Below, one piece after another: positions 1 to 8,956 of a stretch of 32,000 bases of DNA. The translations under genes were made by a program, and so were the position numbers. Positions within the stretch are counted from its first letter, which is position 1. Every line of letters begins with the position of its first letter. The notes below the pieces were generated by a model that was not told the DNA's origin, ran no database searches, and saw only the letters and a list, made by a program, of their open reading frames with translations. Origin of the DNA: Rhodobacter capsulatus SB 1003 (GTDB lineage: Bacteria > Pseudomonadota > Alphaproteobacteria > Rhodobacterales > Rhodobacteraceae); assembly GCF_000021865.1 (NCBI RefSeq), contig NC_014034.1, positions 2,520,001 to 2,552,000 on the forward strand. Reading direction: 5' to 3'.

Positions 1-317
1 ATCTGCCCGAGGATGACGCGAAGCGCAGCGCGCTTGGCCAGGTCTGGCGCGGCATCGCGGCGCAGCTGGCGAATCCGAAACCGGCCGTCTTCTTCGGCAC
101 GGTCTTCCTGACCTTCCTGCCGCCGGTGGTGCCCTTCTGGGCTTACGGCGTCATCTTGGGCATCATCTTCTTCAACGACACGGTCTGGAACGTGCTTGTC
201 GCGCGGATCTTTTCGCTCGACCGGACGCGGGCCGCCTATCTGGGCTTGAAGACGCTGATCGACCGCATTTTCGGCGGGCTTCTGGGGCTGATGGGCCTGA
301 AGCTTGCCCTGACCTGA
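1..317 (+). CDS. LysE/RhtB-family amino-acid exporter, C-terminal part (5' end lies outside the window)
   Basis: Open frame from the window edge (frame 3) to TGA at 315-317. Translation ..[56 protein letters not shown] is hydrophobic with the NPK..FF pattern typical of LysE/RhtB transporters. GC3-rich codons. Confidence 0.7.
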   Translation, partial: LPEDDAKRSALGQVWRGIAAQLANPKPAVFFGTVFLTFLPPVVPFWAYGVILGIIFFNDTVWNVLVARIFSLDRTRAAYLGLKTLIDRIFGGLLGLMGLKLALT

Positions 318-327
318 GGAGTCCTCC

Positions 328-834
328 ATGGCCGAGCGTTTGCCGCATGAAAAAGGCTTTCACGTCAGCTGGGACCAGCTGCACCGCGATGCGCGGGCGC
401 TGGCCTGGCGGCTCGATGGCAAGGGGCCGGACAATGGCGCCTGGAAAGCGATCGTCGGCATCACCCGCGGCGGCATGGTCCCCGCGGCGATCATCGCGCG
501 CGAGCTGAACATCCGCATCATCGACACGATCTCGGTCAAGGGCTACAACCACCAGACCCAATCGGACCCGGTGGTGATCAAGGCGCCGCAGGACGATCTG
601 ATGGGCGCCGATGGCGAGGGCATCCTGGTGATCGACGATCTGGTCGACTCGGGCCGGACGCTGGAACTGGTGCGCCGCCTTTACCCCAAGGCGCATTTCG
701 CCACCGTCTATGCCAAGCCCAAGGGCCGCGAACAGGTCGATACCTTCATCACCGAAGTGTCGCAGGATACTTGGATCTTCTTTCCCTGGGACATGGCGCT
801 GCAATACGTCCAGCCCTATCGCGGCACCGACTGA
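328..834 (+). CDS. gpt: xanthine-guanine phosphoribosyltransferase
   Basis: 168 aa. GAGGAG Shine-Dalgarno sits 6 nt before the ATG. PRPP-binding motif [13 protein letters not shown] and the N-terminal [25 protein letters not shown] pattern match Gpt-type PRTases. Confidence 0.9.
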   Translation: MAERLPHEKGFHVSWDQLHRDARALAWRLDGKGPDNGAWKAIVGITRGGMVPAAIIARELNIRIIDTISVKGYNHQTQSDPVVIKAPQDDLMGADGEGILVIDDLVDSGRTLELVRRLYPKAHFATVYAKPKGREQVDTFITEVSQDTWIFFPWDMALQYVQPYRGTD

Positions 835-850
835 GCCCCGCCCCGCCCGC

Positions 851-911
851 GAAAGGGCGTATTTGGACCAAGAAAAAGCAGCCGGTTTTTTCTTGGCGCA
901 AATACGCGCCC
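851..911. repeat. Palindromic intergenic repeat, copy 1 (outer stem GCGTATTT/AAATACGC, inner stem CCAAGAAAAA/TTTTTCTTGG)
   Basis: Outer stem 857-864 pairs with 900-907. Inner stem 868-877 pairs with 887-896, with loop GCAGCCGGT. The same architecture recurs at 5601-5677 and 5717-5769, and as a half copy at 31383-31403. Lies between the gpt stop and the aminotransferase start. Confidence 0.9.
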
Positions 912-982
912 GCCGCAGGCGCCTCCCCTTGCCAAGGGCGCGGGCGAATGGAAGGGTGGCGCGACACTGACCGGAGGCCGCC

Positions 983-2161
983 ATGATCCACCCGCTGAAC
1001 CCCGCGCTTGGCAACACCTTTGCCCCCCCGGTGATGGAGGCGCGGCGCTGGATCGAGGGTGTCACCTTCCCGCCCGAGCGGCCCTTGATCAACGTCAGCC
1101 AAGCCGCGCCGGTCGATCCGCCGCCGCGCGCGCTGCGGCAGGCGATCGCCGAGGCCGCGCTCGACACCCCCTCTGCGCATCTTTACGGGCCCGTCCTTGG
1201 AAATGGCGATCTGCGCGCCGAAGTGGCGGCGCAATGGTCGGTGGCCTATGGCGGCACGATCCGCCCGGCGCAGGTCGCGATCACCCAGGGCTGCAATCAA
1301 GCCTTCTGCGCGGCGATTGCCACGCTGGCGGGCGCAGGCGATGAAGTTCTTCTGCCAACGCCCTGGTATTTCAACCATAAAATGTGGCTCGACATGGCGG
1401 GGGTGCGCACCGTGCCGCTGCCGACCGGGCCGGGGCTTTTGCCCGACCCGGATCATGCGGCGGCGCGGATCACGCCTGCCACCCGCGCCATCGTGCTGGT
1501 CACGCCCAACAACCCGGGCGGCGTCGAATATCCGGCCGATCTTGTGCGCGCCTTTGCCGATCTGGCCCGCCGTCACGGGATCGCGCTGATCCTGGACGAG
1601 ACCTACCGCGATTTCGACGCCCGCAACGGCGCCCCGCATGACCTTTTCACCGATCCCGACTGGGACGAGGGGCTGATCCAGCTTTATTCCTTTTCCAAGG
1701 CCTACCGGCTGACCGGCCACCGCGTCGGCGCCATCGTCGCCAGCCCCGCGCGGCTGGCCGAGGTGGAGAAATTCCTTGATACCGTCGCGATCTGCCCGGG
1801 CCAGCTGGGCCAGATCGCGGCGCTTTGGGGGATGCGCAACCTGCGCGACTGGGTCGCGGGCGAGCGCGCCGAGATCCTGTCGCGCCGCGCCGCGATGACG
1901 GCGGGGCTGGCCGCCCTGCCCGGCTGGGAAACGCTCGGCTGTGGCGCCTATTTCGCCTATGTCGCGCATCCCTCGCCCCTGCCCGCGCCCGACTTTGCAA
2001 AACGCCTTGTCGCCGAGGCCTCGGTGCTGGCCCTGCCCGGCACGATGTTCATGCCCGCGACCGATCCGGCAGGCGCGCGCCAGCTGCGCTTCGCCTTTGC
2101 CAATATCGACACCGCGGGGATCGCGGAATTGATGAGACGGCTTGCCGCCCTGACCCCGTGA
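983..2161 (+). CDS. PLP-dependent aminotransferase, class I/II (AspC/aromatic family)
   Basis: 392 aa. GGAGG precedes the ATG. Contains the PLP-lysine region YSFSKAYRLTGHRVG, plus LLPTPWYFNH and VTPNNPGG, which are typical of fold-type I aminotransferases. Substrate is not assignable from sequence alone. Confidence 0.85.
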   Translation: MIHPLNPALGNTFAPPVMEARRWIEGVTFPPERPLINVSQAAPVDPPPRALRQAIAEAALDTPSAHLYGPVLGNGDLRAEVAAQWSVAYGGTIRPAQVAITQGCNQAFCAAIATLAGAGDEVLLPTPWYFNHKMWLDMAGVRTVPLPTGPGLLPDPDHAAARITPATRAIVLVTPNNPGGVEYPADLVRAFADLARRHGIALILDETYRDFDARNGAPHDLFTDPDWDEGLIQLYSFSKAYRLTGHRVGAIVASPARLAEVEKFLDTVAICPGQLGQIAALWGMRNLRDWVAGERAEILSRRAAMTAGLAALPGWETLGCGAYFAYVAHPSPLPAPDFAKRLVAEASVLALPGTMFMPATDPAGARQLRFAFANIDTAGIAELMRRLAALTP

Positions 2162-2225
2162 CGCTTGCGGCCCCGCGCCCAAAGCCCTAAACACCGCAAA
2201 AGACCAGAAAACCCCGGGAGGTCCG

Positions 2226-4064
2226 ATGTCGACGATGCTGCGCAGCTCTGGCAAGAGCGTGACGGTCTGGGTGCTTCTGGCCATGATCGTTCTGGGACTT
2301 GGCGGCTATCAGGTCGGCAATTTCTCGAACCGCGGCCAAAGCATCGGCGCGGTGGGCGAAAGCGAGATCACCGCGCGCGACTATGCCGACGCGCTGCGTC
2401 AGGAAATCAACGCCGTCGCGGCGCAGATCGGCCATCCGCCCAGCATGTCCGAGGTCCGGGCGATGGGGCTGGATCAGGTCGTGCAGGCGCAGCTTTTCAA
2501 CACCGCGGCTTTGAGCGAACAGGCGCGCAGGCTGGAGCTCTCGGTCGGCGATGCCGAGGTGAGCCGGCAGATCCGCTCTGCCCGGCCGTTTCAGGGCGCC
2601 ACCGGCAGCTTTGACCGCGAGACCTACCGCGAGGTGCTGCGCCGCGAGGGCCTGACCGAGACGGAATTCGAAACCCGGCTGCGCGCCGATATCGCGCGCT
2701 CGATCCTGCAGGGCGCGGTGGCGGGCGGCGTGCCGGCCCCGGCGGCGCTGCTGGATGGCTATGTCGGCTATCTGGGCGAGACCCGCGACGTCGCCTTTGC
2801 CGAGATCCCGGCGACCGGGATCAGCCTGCCCGCCCCCGACGCGGCGGCGCTGAAAGCCTATTACGACGCGCATCTTGCCGAATTCACCCGGCCCGAAACC
2901 CGCGAGATTTCCTATGTCTGGCTGACGCCGGACATGCTGAAGGACGAGATCGCCATCGACGAGGCGCAGCTGCGCGCCACCTATGACGAGCGCAAGGCCG
3001 AATATGTCCAGCCCGAGCGGCGCAAGCTGGCGAAGCTGGTCTTCCCGACCCAGGCCGAGGCCGAGGCGGGCATGGCGAAGATCGCCGCGGGCACGGCCAG
3101 CCTGGCCGATCTGGCCGAGGCGCGCGGGCTGAGCGCGGCGGACATCGACCTTGGCGATGTCTCGCAAGACGAGATCGGCGGCGCGGCGGGCGAAGCGGTC
3201 TTTGCCCGGACCACGCCGGGGGTGATCGGCCCCTACGAGACCGACCTTGGCCCGGCGCTGTTCGATTTTCAGGCGGTGACGCCCAGCGAGACCACCACGT
3301 TCGAGGAAGCCCGCGGCGACATCGCGGCGGAGCTGGCGATGGAAAAGGCGCGCCGGATGATCGCCGACATGACCACGGATCTGGAGGACCGTCTGGCCTC
3401 GGGCGCGACGCTCGAGGACATGGTCAAGGAAACGAAGATGCAGCCGGGCAAGATCTCGATGGCGGCCGACACCCGCGACGGCATCGCCGCCTATGACGCC
3501 TTCCGCGAGGCCGCCGCCAAGGTCACCACCGAGGATTTCCCGGAACTGGCGGTGCTGGAAGACGGCGGCGTCTTCGCGCTGCGGCTGGACGGGGTGACGG
3601 CGGCGGCGCCGATCCCCTTTGATCAGCTGCGCGACAAGGTCGAAGCCAGCTGGCGCACGGCCGAGATGGTGAAGGCGAAACAGGCGAAGGCCGAGGCGGC
3701 AGGCGCGGCCGGGCAGACCCTGGCGGCACAGGGGCTGGCGGAAAAGACCGCCCCCGATCTGCAGCGCGGCGGCTTTGTCGAAGGCGCGCCGCAGGGGCTG
3801 GCGCAGACGGCTTTCGCGACGGCTGCGGGCAAATCCGCGACGCTGACCGAGGGCGACAAGGTCTTTGTCGTCACCGTGCGCGCGGTGAAACCGGCCGATC
3901 CGGCCGATCCCGAGCTGGTGCAGCTGCGCAAGACCTTTGACACCCGGCTGATCCAGATGCTCGGCGCCGATCTGGCGGCCTTCTACGCCCGTGCCGCGCA
4001 GGCCGAGGCCGGGATCACCCTCGACAGCGCGATGATCGCTGCCGTGCAAGCGCAGTTTCAGTGA
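2226..4064 (+). CDS. ppiD: Periplasmic chaperone / peptidyl-prolyl isomerase PpiD-like (N-terminal membrane anchor, SurA-like domains)
   Basis: 612 aa. GGGAGG SD. N-terminal TM segment VWVLLAMIVLGLGGYQV is followed by a long Ala/Glu-rich periplasmic region, the typical PpiD layout. The stop overlaps the trpE start region. Confidence 0.75.
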   Translation: MSTMLRSSGKSVTVWVLLAMIVLGLGGYQVGNFSNRGQSIGAVGESEITARDYADALRQEINAVAAQIGHPPSMSEVRAMGLDQVVQAQLFNTAALSEQARRLELSVGDAEVSRQIRSARPFQGATGSFDRETYREVLRREGLTETEFETRLRADIARSILQGAVAGGVPAPAALLDGYVGYLGETRDVAFAEIPATGISLPAPDAAALKAYYDAHLAEFTRPETREISYVWLTPDMLKDEIAIDEAQLRATYDERKAEYVQPERRKLAKLVFPTQAEAEAGMAKIAAGTASLADLAEARGLSAADIDLGDVSQDEIGGAAGEAVFARTTPGVIGPYETDLGPALFDFQAVTPSETTTFEEARGDIAAELAMEKARRMIADMTTDLEDRLASGATLEDMVKETKMQPGKISMAADTRDGIAAYDAFREAAAKVTTEDFPELAVLEDGGVFALRLDGVTAAAPIPFDQLRDKVEASWRTAEMVKAKQAKAEAAGAAGQTLAAQGLAEKTAPDLQRGGFVEGAPQGLAQTAFATAAGKSATLTEGDKVFVVTVRAVKPADPADPELVQLRKTFDTRLIQMLGADLAAFYARAAQAEAGITLDSAMIAAVQAQFQ

Positions 4065-4075
4065 CGGAGGCCCCG

Positions 4076-5584
4076 ATGGTCGCGCTTTTCCCCGGATATG
4101 ACGCTTTCGAGACCGCCTGGGCCGCGGGGCGCAACCAGCTTGTCTATGCGCGGCTGGCGGCCGATCTGGACACGCCGGTGTCCTTGATGCTGAAGCTCGC
4201 CGATGCGCAGAAGAACAGCTTCATGCTGGAATCGGTGACCGGCGGCGAGGTGCGGGGCCGCTATTCGATCATCGGCATGAAACCCGACGTGATCTGGGAA
4301 TGTCGCGGCACGCAGGCGCGGATCAACCGGCAGGCGCGGTTCGAGGACGGCTTCGAGGATCTGCCCGGCCATCCGTTCGACTCCTTGCGCGCGCTGATCG
4401 CCGAAAGCCGCATCGACATGCCCGAGGGCCTGCCCGCGGCGGCGGCGGGGCTGTTCGGCTATCTCGGCTATGACACGATCCGGCTGGTGGAACATCTGCC
4501 CAATGTGAACCCAGATCCGCTGGGCGTGCCCGATGCGGTCCTGATGCGGCCCTCGGTCGTCGCGGTTCTGGACGGGGTCAAGGGCGATGTGATCCTCTGT
4601 GCGCCCGCCTTTCAGGGCTCGGGGCTCTCGGCGCGGGCGGCCTATGCGCAGGCGGCCGAACGGGTGATGGATGCGCTGCGCGATCTGGACCGCGCCCCGG
4701 CGCAGGGCCGCGAGATGGGCGAGGCGGCGCAGGTCGGGCCGCTGAAATCCAACTTCACCCCCGAGGGTTACAAGGCCGCGGTGGAAAAGGCGAAGGACTA
4801 CATCCGCGCGGGCGACATCTTTCAGGTCGTGCCCGCACAGCGCTGGTCGGCGGATTTCCCGCTGCCGCCCTTTGCGCTCTACCGGAGCTTGCGGCGCACC
4901 AACCCCTCGCCCTTCATGTTCTTTCTCAATTTCGGCGGCTTCCAGATCGTCGGCGCCTCGCCCGAGATCCTGGTGCGGCTGCGCGACGGCGAGGTGACGA
5001 TCCGCCCGATCGCGGGCACCCGCCCCCGCGGCGCGACGCCCGAGGAAGACAAGGCGCTGGAAGCCGATCTTCTGGCCGACAAGAAGGAGCTGGCCGAACA
5101 TCTGATGCTGCTCGATCTGGGCCGCAACGATGTGGGCCGGGTGGCAAAGATCGGCACGGTGCGGCCGACCGAGAAATTCGTGATCGAGCGTTATTCCCAC
5201 GTCATGCATATCGTCTCGAACGTGGTCGGCGAACTGGCGGAGGGCGAGGATGCGCTTTCCGCGCTTCTGGCCGGTCTGCCCGCGGGCACGGTTTCGGGGG
5301 CGCCGAAGGTGCGGGCGATGGAGATCATCGACGAGTTGGAACCGGAAAAGCGCGGCATCTATGGCGGCGGCGTGGGCTATTTCGCGGCCAATGGCGAAAT
5401 GGACATGTGCATCGCGCTGCGCACCGCGGTGGTGAAGGATCAGACGCTTTTCATCCAGGCGGGCGGCGGCGTCGTCTATGACAGCGACCCCGAGGCCGAG
5501 TTCCAGGAAACCGTGAACAAGTCCAAGGCCCTGCGCCGCGCGGCCGAGGATGCGGGGCTGTTCGTGCGGCGCGGCAATCACTAA
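4076..5584 (+). CDS. trpE: anthranilate synthase component I
   Basis: N-terminal feedback region SFMLESV..GGEVRGRYS. Chorismate-binding C-terminus GTVSGAPKVRAMEIIDELEPEKRGIYGGGVGYF. ATG 4076 has GGAGG 5 nt upstream. An alternative GTG at 4061 overlaps the ppiD stop (GTGA). Confidence 0.95.
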   Translation: MVALFPGYDAFETAWAAGRNQLVYARLAADLDTPVSLMLKLADAQKNSFMLESVTGGEVRGRYSIIGMKPDVIWECRGTQARINRQARFEDGFEDLPGHPFDSLRALIAESRIDMPEGLPAAAAGLFGYLGYDTIRLVEHLPNVNPDPLGVPDAVLMRPSVVAVLDGVKGDVILCAPAFQGSGLSARAAYAQAAERVMDALRDLDRAPAQGREMGEAAQVGPLKSNFTPEGYKAAVEKAKDYIRAGDIFQVVPAQRWSADFPLPPFALYRSLRRTNPSPFMFFLNFGGFQIVGASPEILVRLRDGEVTIRPIAGTRPRGATPEEDKALEADLLADKKELAEHLMLLDLGRNDVGRVAKIGTVRPTEKFVIERYSHVMHIVSNVVGELAEGEDALSALLAGLPAGTVSGAPKVRAMEIIDELEPEKRGIYGGGVGYFAANGEMDMCIALRTAVVKDQTLFIQAGGGVVYDSDPEAEFQETVNKSKALRRAAEDAGLFVRRGNH

Positions 5585-5594
5585 ATCCGCCCGC

Positions 5595-5680
5595 CGAAGG
5601 GCGTATTTGCACCAAGAAAAAACAGCCTTCAAGACAGCCTTCCCTGCGGGGAGGGCTTTTTCTTGGCCGAAATACGCACC
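5595..5680. repeat. Palindromic intergenic repeat, copy 2 (enlarged loop)
   Basis: GCGTATTT 5601-5608, CCAAGAAAAA 5612-5621, TTTTTCTTGG 5657-5666, AAATACGC 5670-5677. The loop contains a 9-bp direct duplication (ACAGCCTTC x2) and a small internal hairpin. The left flank CCGCCCGCnGAAGGGCG is shared with copy 1. Starts 11 nt after the trpE stop. Confidence 0.9.
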
Positions 5681-5710
5681 TGCGACCGCGGCGCCTGGGG
5701 CCAGGCGCGA

Positions 5711-5772
5711 AAAGGAGCGTATTTAGGCCAAGAAGAAACCCCTGCCGTTTCTTCTTGGGGAAAATACGCTCT
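5711..5772. repeat. Palindromic intergenic repeat, copy 3 (compensated inner stem)
   Basis: GCGTATTT 5717-5724, CCAAGAAGAAAC 5728-5739, GTTTCTTCTTGG 5747-5758, AAATACGC 5762-5769. The inner-stem change A->G is matched by T->C on the other arm. Overlaps the last ~16 codons and the stop codon of the minus-strand CDS 5723..7228. Confidence 0.9.
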
Positions 5773-7228
5773 TGCCGGGGGCCGGGGCGGGCGCGGCGCC
5801 TATTTGGCCTTCCCCCGCCCCGATCAGCGCCGAAAGCGGCGCGAGGTTGTACTTCGCCCCCTCCTCTGCGGCCCAGGCGGTCAGACCGGCGACGGATTCG
5901 GGCCAGGCCGACAGCATGACGACCGTGGCGCCGTCGCGGGCCGCCTCGAACCCGGCGCGGTCGAGGGTGCGGGTGATCACCGCCGCCTTGTCGCGCCGCG
6001 TGTCCAGAACCCGGAAGATGCCCGCGCGCGGCACGTCCCCTGTCGCCCGCGCGCCGATGCCGCCCGGTTGCGTCACATAGGCCATGCCCTCGGCGGCCAG
6101 CGCCTTTTCCGCCTGCGCCAGAAGCGGCGCCTTGCCCTGCAGCACCGGCGTTTCCGGCTCGACCAGCGCCACCGCCTGCGGCACCGCGCGCTGCCAGGCG
6201 GCCAGCGCCACCTCGAGATCCTGCGCCACCGCCCCCGCGGGCAGCGGCCCGGCCAGCATCGCCACCTCGAGCCCGGCGGCGCGGTAGCTTTCCGCGGCCT
6301 CGGTCACCCCGGGGGCCGCGGGGTCCAGCACCACCGTCACCCAGTTCCCCAGCGCCGCGATCGTCTGGGCGTCAAGCCCGCCCGCCGTGGTGCCGACGTC
6401 AACGAGCAGCACCGTCACATAGGGCTTGCCCGGCTTTTCCACGAAAGCCGCGCCAAAGCGGGTCAGCGCCGGGCCGGTCGCTTCGGGGGCCGGGGCCGCG
6501 GCGGGCGGCACGGGATCGGCGACGAAGGGCGTCACCGGCACGCCCGAGGGCGGCACGGAACTGCCCTGCGGCGCCGAGCCGACCTGCGGCAGCCGGTTCA
6601 CCTTCGTCCCCTCGGCCGAGGCGAAGCCCGCGCCCGGCCCGCCCTGTCCCGACCCGCTTTGCCCCGGAACAATCACCCGCGGCCGCACGGGGCCGGGCGG
6701 CACCAGCGCGCCATCGGGCATCAGGGTGATCTCGCCGCCCGGAACGGGGGCGGGGGCGGTTTCGGCCGGGGGCAGATCGGGGGCCGCGGTGATGACGGAC
6801 GGCGGCAGCGGCATCGCGGGCTCGGCCTGCGGCGGGGTGTCGAGCGCGACAGCGGGGGGGGGCGGCGGCGGCACGATGACGGGCGGGGTGAGCGCGGGTT
6901 CGGGTTTCGCGGGCGGCTCGGTCGCAGGCGCGGCAACGGCGGGCGGCTCGGCCCGGGGCGCGGGCGCCGAAGCCGCGGGCCGTTCCCGGGGCGCAGGCGG
7001 TGCGGCAGGCGGGGGCTCGGCCGCGGGGCGGGCGACGCCCGCGGCTTCGGGCAGCGCCACGGCCTGCGCCGGGGCGGGATCGGCGGGCGCGGTCCGGGGT
7101 GTCGCGGTCTTGCCCGGGCCGGGGGTCGGCAGCGGCAGCACCAGCGAGACCCCGCCCAGCCCCAGCCCCGAGACGATCACCCCCGCAACCATGCCCTTGA
7201 TCAGACCGCCTGCCATCCTGCCCCTCAT
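5723..7228 (-). CDS. Membrane-anchored protein with a long Pro/Ala-rich linker and a C-terminal divergent polysaccharide deacetylase (YibQ-like) domain
   Basis: 501 aa. N-terminal TM GMVAGVIVSGLGLGGVSLVL. About 200 aa of PA/PP low complexity follows. The C-terminal ~230 aa (YVTVLLVDVG..LEVAMLAG..ALVEPETPVL..VVMLSAWPESV) resembles the YibQ/divergent polysaccharide deacetylase fold as I recall it. Alternative start ATG 7216 has the better SD (GAGGGG). Confidence 0.6.
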   Translation of the reverse strand: MRGRMAGGLIKGMVAGVIVSGLGLGGVSLVLPLPTPGPGKTATPRTAPADPAPAQAVALPEAAGVARPAAEPPPAAPPAPRERPAASAPAPRAEPPAVAAPATEPPAKPEPALTPPVIVPPPPPPAVALDTPPQAEPAMPLPPSVITAAPDLPPAETAPAPVPGGEITLMPDGALVPPGPVRPRVIVPGQSGSGQGGPGAGFASAEGTKVNRLPQVGSAPQGSSVPPSGVPVTPFVADPVPPAAAPAPEATGPALTRFGAAFVEKPGKPYVTVLLVDVGTTAGGLDAQTIAALGNWVTVVLDPAAPGVTEAAESYRAAGLEVAMLAGPLPAGAVAQDLEVALAAWQRAVPQAVALVEPETPVLQGKAPLLAQAEKALAAEGMAYVTQPGGIGARATGDVPRAGIFRVLDTRRDKAAVITRTLDRAGFEAARDGATVVMLSAWPESVAGLTAWAAEEGAKYNLAPLSALIGAGEGQIGAAPAPAPGKSVFSPRRNGRGFFLA

Positions 7229-7361
7229 CGCCTTTTGCCGCTTTCTGCGCGCCTAGATCGCGGCCTTGAAGGCTTGACCCCGGCCGCTTGCTCTGAACAT
7301 CTATACCGCGACGCCTGACCCGGTTCACCCCCAGAATGCGGGCGGCCCAAAGGATTTGCGC

Positions 7362-7949
7362 ATGCTTCTGCTCATCGACAACTACGACAGCTTCACCTGG
7401 AACCTGGTGCATTACTTCGGCGCGCTTGGCGCGGAGGTGAAGGTGGTGCGCAACGACGCGATGGATGTGCAGGAAGCGATGGGAATGGGCGCCGAGGCGA
7501 TCGTGCTGAGCCCCGGGCCCTGCGATCCGGCGCAGGCGGGGATCTGCATCCCGCTGACCTTGGCCGCGGCAGAAGCAGGCGTGCCGCTGCTGGGGGTCTG
7601 TCTGGGCCATCAAACGATCGGCGAGGCCTTTGGCGGCCGCGTGATCCGCGCGGGCGAGATCGTGCATGGCAAGATGGGCACCATTCATCACGCGGGCAAG
7701 GGCGTCTTTGCCGGTCTGCCCAGCCCGTTTCAGGCGACGCGCTATCATTCGCTGATCGTCGAACGCGAGAGCCTGCCCGCCTGCCTTGAGGTCACGGCGG
7801 AACTGGACAGCGGCATGATCATGGGGCTGCGCCACCGTGACAAGCTGATCGAGGGGGTGCAGTTCCACCCCGAATCCATCGCCTCGGAGCATGGCCATGC
7901 GATGCTGCGCAATTTCCTGACGGAAGCGAAAGTGAAGGTGAGCGCATGA
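7362..7949 (+). CDS. trpG: anthranilate synthase component II (glutamine amidotransferase)
   Basis: [18 protein letters not shown], catalytic Cys in GVCLGHQ, and [13 protein letters not shown] lies 8 nt before ATG 7362 (the ORF track starts at TTG 7356). The stop overlaps the trpD start (ATGA). Confidence 0.95.
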   Translation: MLLLIDNYDSFTWNLVHYFGALGAEVKVVRNDAMDVQEAMGMGAEAIVLSPGPCDPAQAGICIPLTLAAAEAGVPLLGVCLGHQTIGEAFGGRVIRAGEIVHGKMGTIHHAGKGVFAGLPSPFQATRYHSLIVERESLPACLEVTAELDSGMIMGLRHRDKLIEGVQFHPESIASEHGHAMLRNFLTEAKVKVSA

Positions 7950-8956
7950 GCGAACTCAAGCCCCTGATCGGCCTGGCCGCCGACCGCCCGCTGACCCGTG
8001 CCGAGGCCGAGACGGCCTTCGAGATCTTTTTCAACGGTGCGGCGACGCCCGCGCAGATGGGCGGGCTTCTGATGGCCCTGCGCACCCGCGGCGAGACGGT
8101 GGATGAAATCGCCGCCGCCGCTTCGGTGATGCGCTCGAAGATGCACCGGATCGCGGCGCCCGAGGGGGCGATGGATATTGTCGGCACCGGCGGCGACGGC
8201 AAGGGCACGCTGAACATCTCCACCGCGACGGCCTTTGTGGTCGCGGGGGCGGGGGTGCCGGTGGCCAAGCACGGCAACCGCAATCTGTCGTCGAAATCGG
8301 GCGCGGCGGATGCGCTGACGGCGCTGGGGCTTGACGTGATGAAGGGGCCGGAGGTCGCCGAAAGGGCGCTGGCGCAAACCGGGATCACCTTTCTGATGGC
8401 GCCGATGCACCATCCGGCGATGAAACATATCGGCCCGGCGCGGGTGGAGCTTGGCACCCGCACGGTGTTCAACCTGCTGGGGCCGCTGACCAATCCGGGC
8501 GGGGTGAAACGGCAGCTGACCGGGGCGTTTTCGCGCGCCTGGATCCGGCCGATGGCCGAGGTGCTGAAGGCGCTCGGCTCGGAAGCCGCCTGGCTTGTGC
8601 ATGGCTCGGACGGCACCGACGAGCTGTCGATCTGCGGCGTGAGCTGGGTCGCGGCTTTGCGCAATGGCGAGATCACGGATTTCGAGGTCCACCCCGAGGA
8701 AGCCGGTCTGCCCACCCATCCGTTCGAGGCGATCATCGGCGGCGAACCGGCCGAGAATGCCCGCGCCTTCAACGACTTGCTGGATGGCCGCACGGGCGCT
8801 TACCGCGATGCGGTGGTGCTGAACGCGGCCGCGGCGCTGGTGGTGGCGGGCAAGGCGGGCGATCTGAAGGCGGGGGCCGAGATGGCGGCGGAGAGCCTCG
8901 ATTCCGGCGCGGCCAAGGCGCGGCTGGTCGCCTTGCGCGAGGTGCTGGGCGCATGA
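7946..8956 (+). CDS. trpD: anthranilate phosphoribosyltransferase
   Basis: 336 aa with [30 protein letters not shown] and GPLTNP motifs. ATGA overlaps with both trpG and trpC. Confidence 0.95.
   Translation: MSELKPLIGLAADRPLTRAEAETAFEIFFNGAATPAQMGGLLMALRTRGETVDEIAAAASVMRSKMHRIAAPEGAMDIVGTGGDGKGTLNISTATAFVVAGAGVPVAKHGNRNLSSKSGAADALTALGLDVMKGPEVAERALAQTGITFLMAPMHHPAMKHIGPARVELGTRTVFNLLGPLTNPGGVKRQLTGAFSRAWIRPMAEVLKALGSEAAWLVHGSDGTDELSICGVSWVAALRNGEITDFEVHPEEAGLPTHPFEAIIGGEPAENARAFNDLLDGRTGAYRDAVVLNAAAALVVAGKAGDLKAGAEMAAESLDSGAAKARLVALREVLGA

Noticed and set aside
749-5632. Long minus-strand ORFs 749..2284, 2187..4049 and 4058..5632 opposite the aminotransferase, ppiD and trpE
   Set aside because: They are antisense shadows of genes with clear motifs. 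The translations are Arg/Gly-rich without motifs or plausible start contexts.
7229-7361. Search for a trp leader peptide or attenuator upstream of trpG (and upstream of trpE)
   Set aside because: There is no short ORF with tandem Trp codons and no alternative terminator/antiterminator hairpins. trpE is directly coupled to ppiD, leaving no leader.
5663-7898. ORFs 5663..7318 (+), 6426..7256 (+) and 6399..7898 (-) overlapping the YibQ-like gene and trpG
   Set aside because: They are low-complexity Arg/Gly/Pro translations of the proline-rich coding region in other frames. They overlap better-supported genes, and trpG has catalytic motifs.
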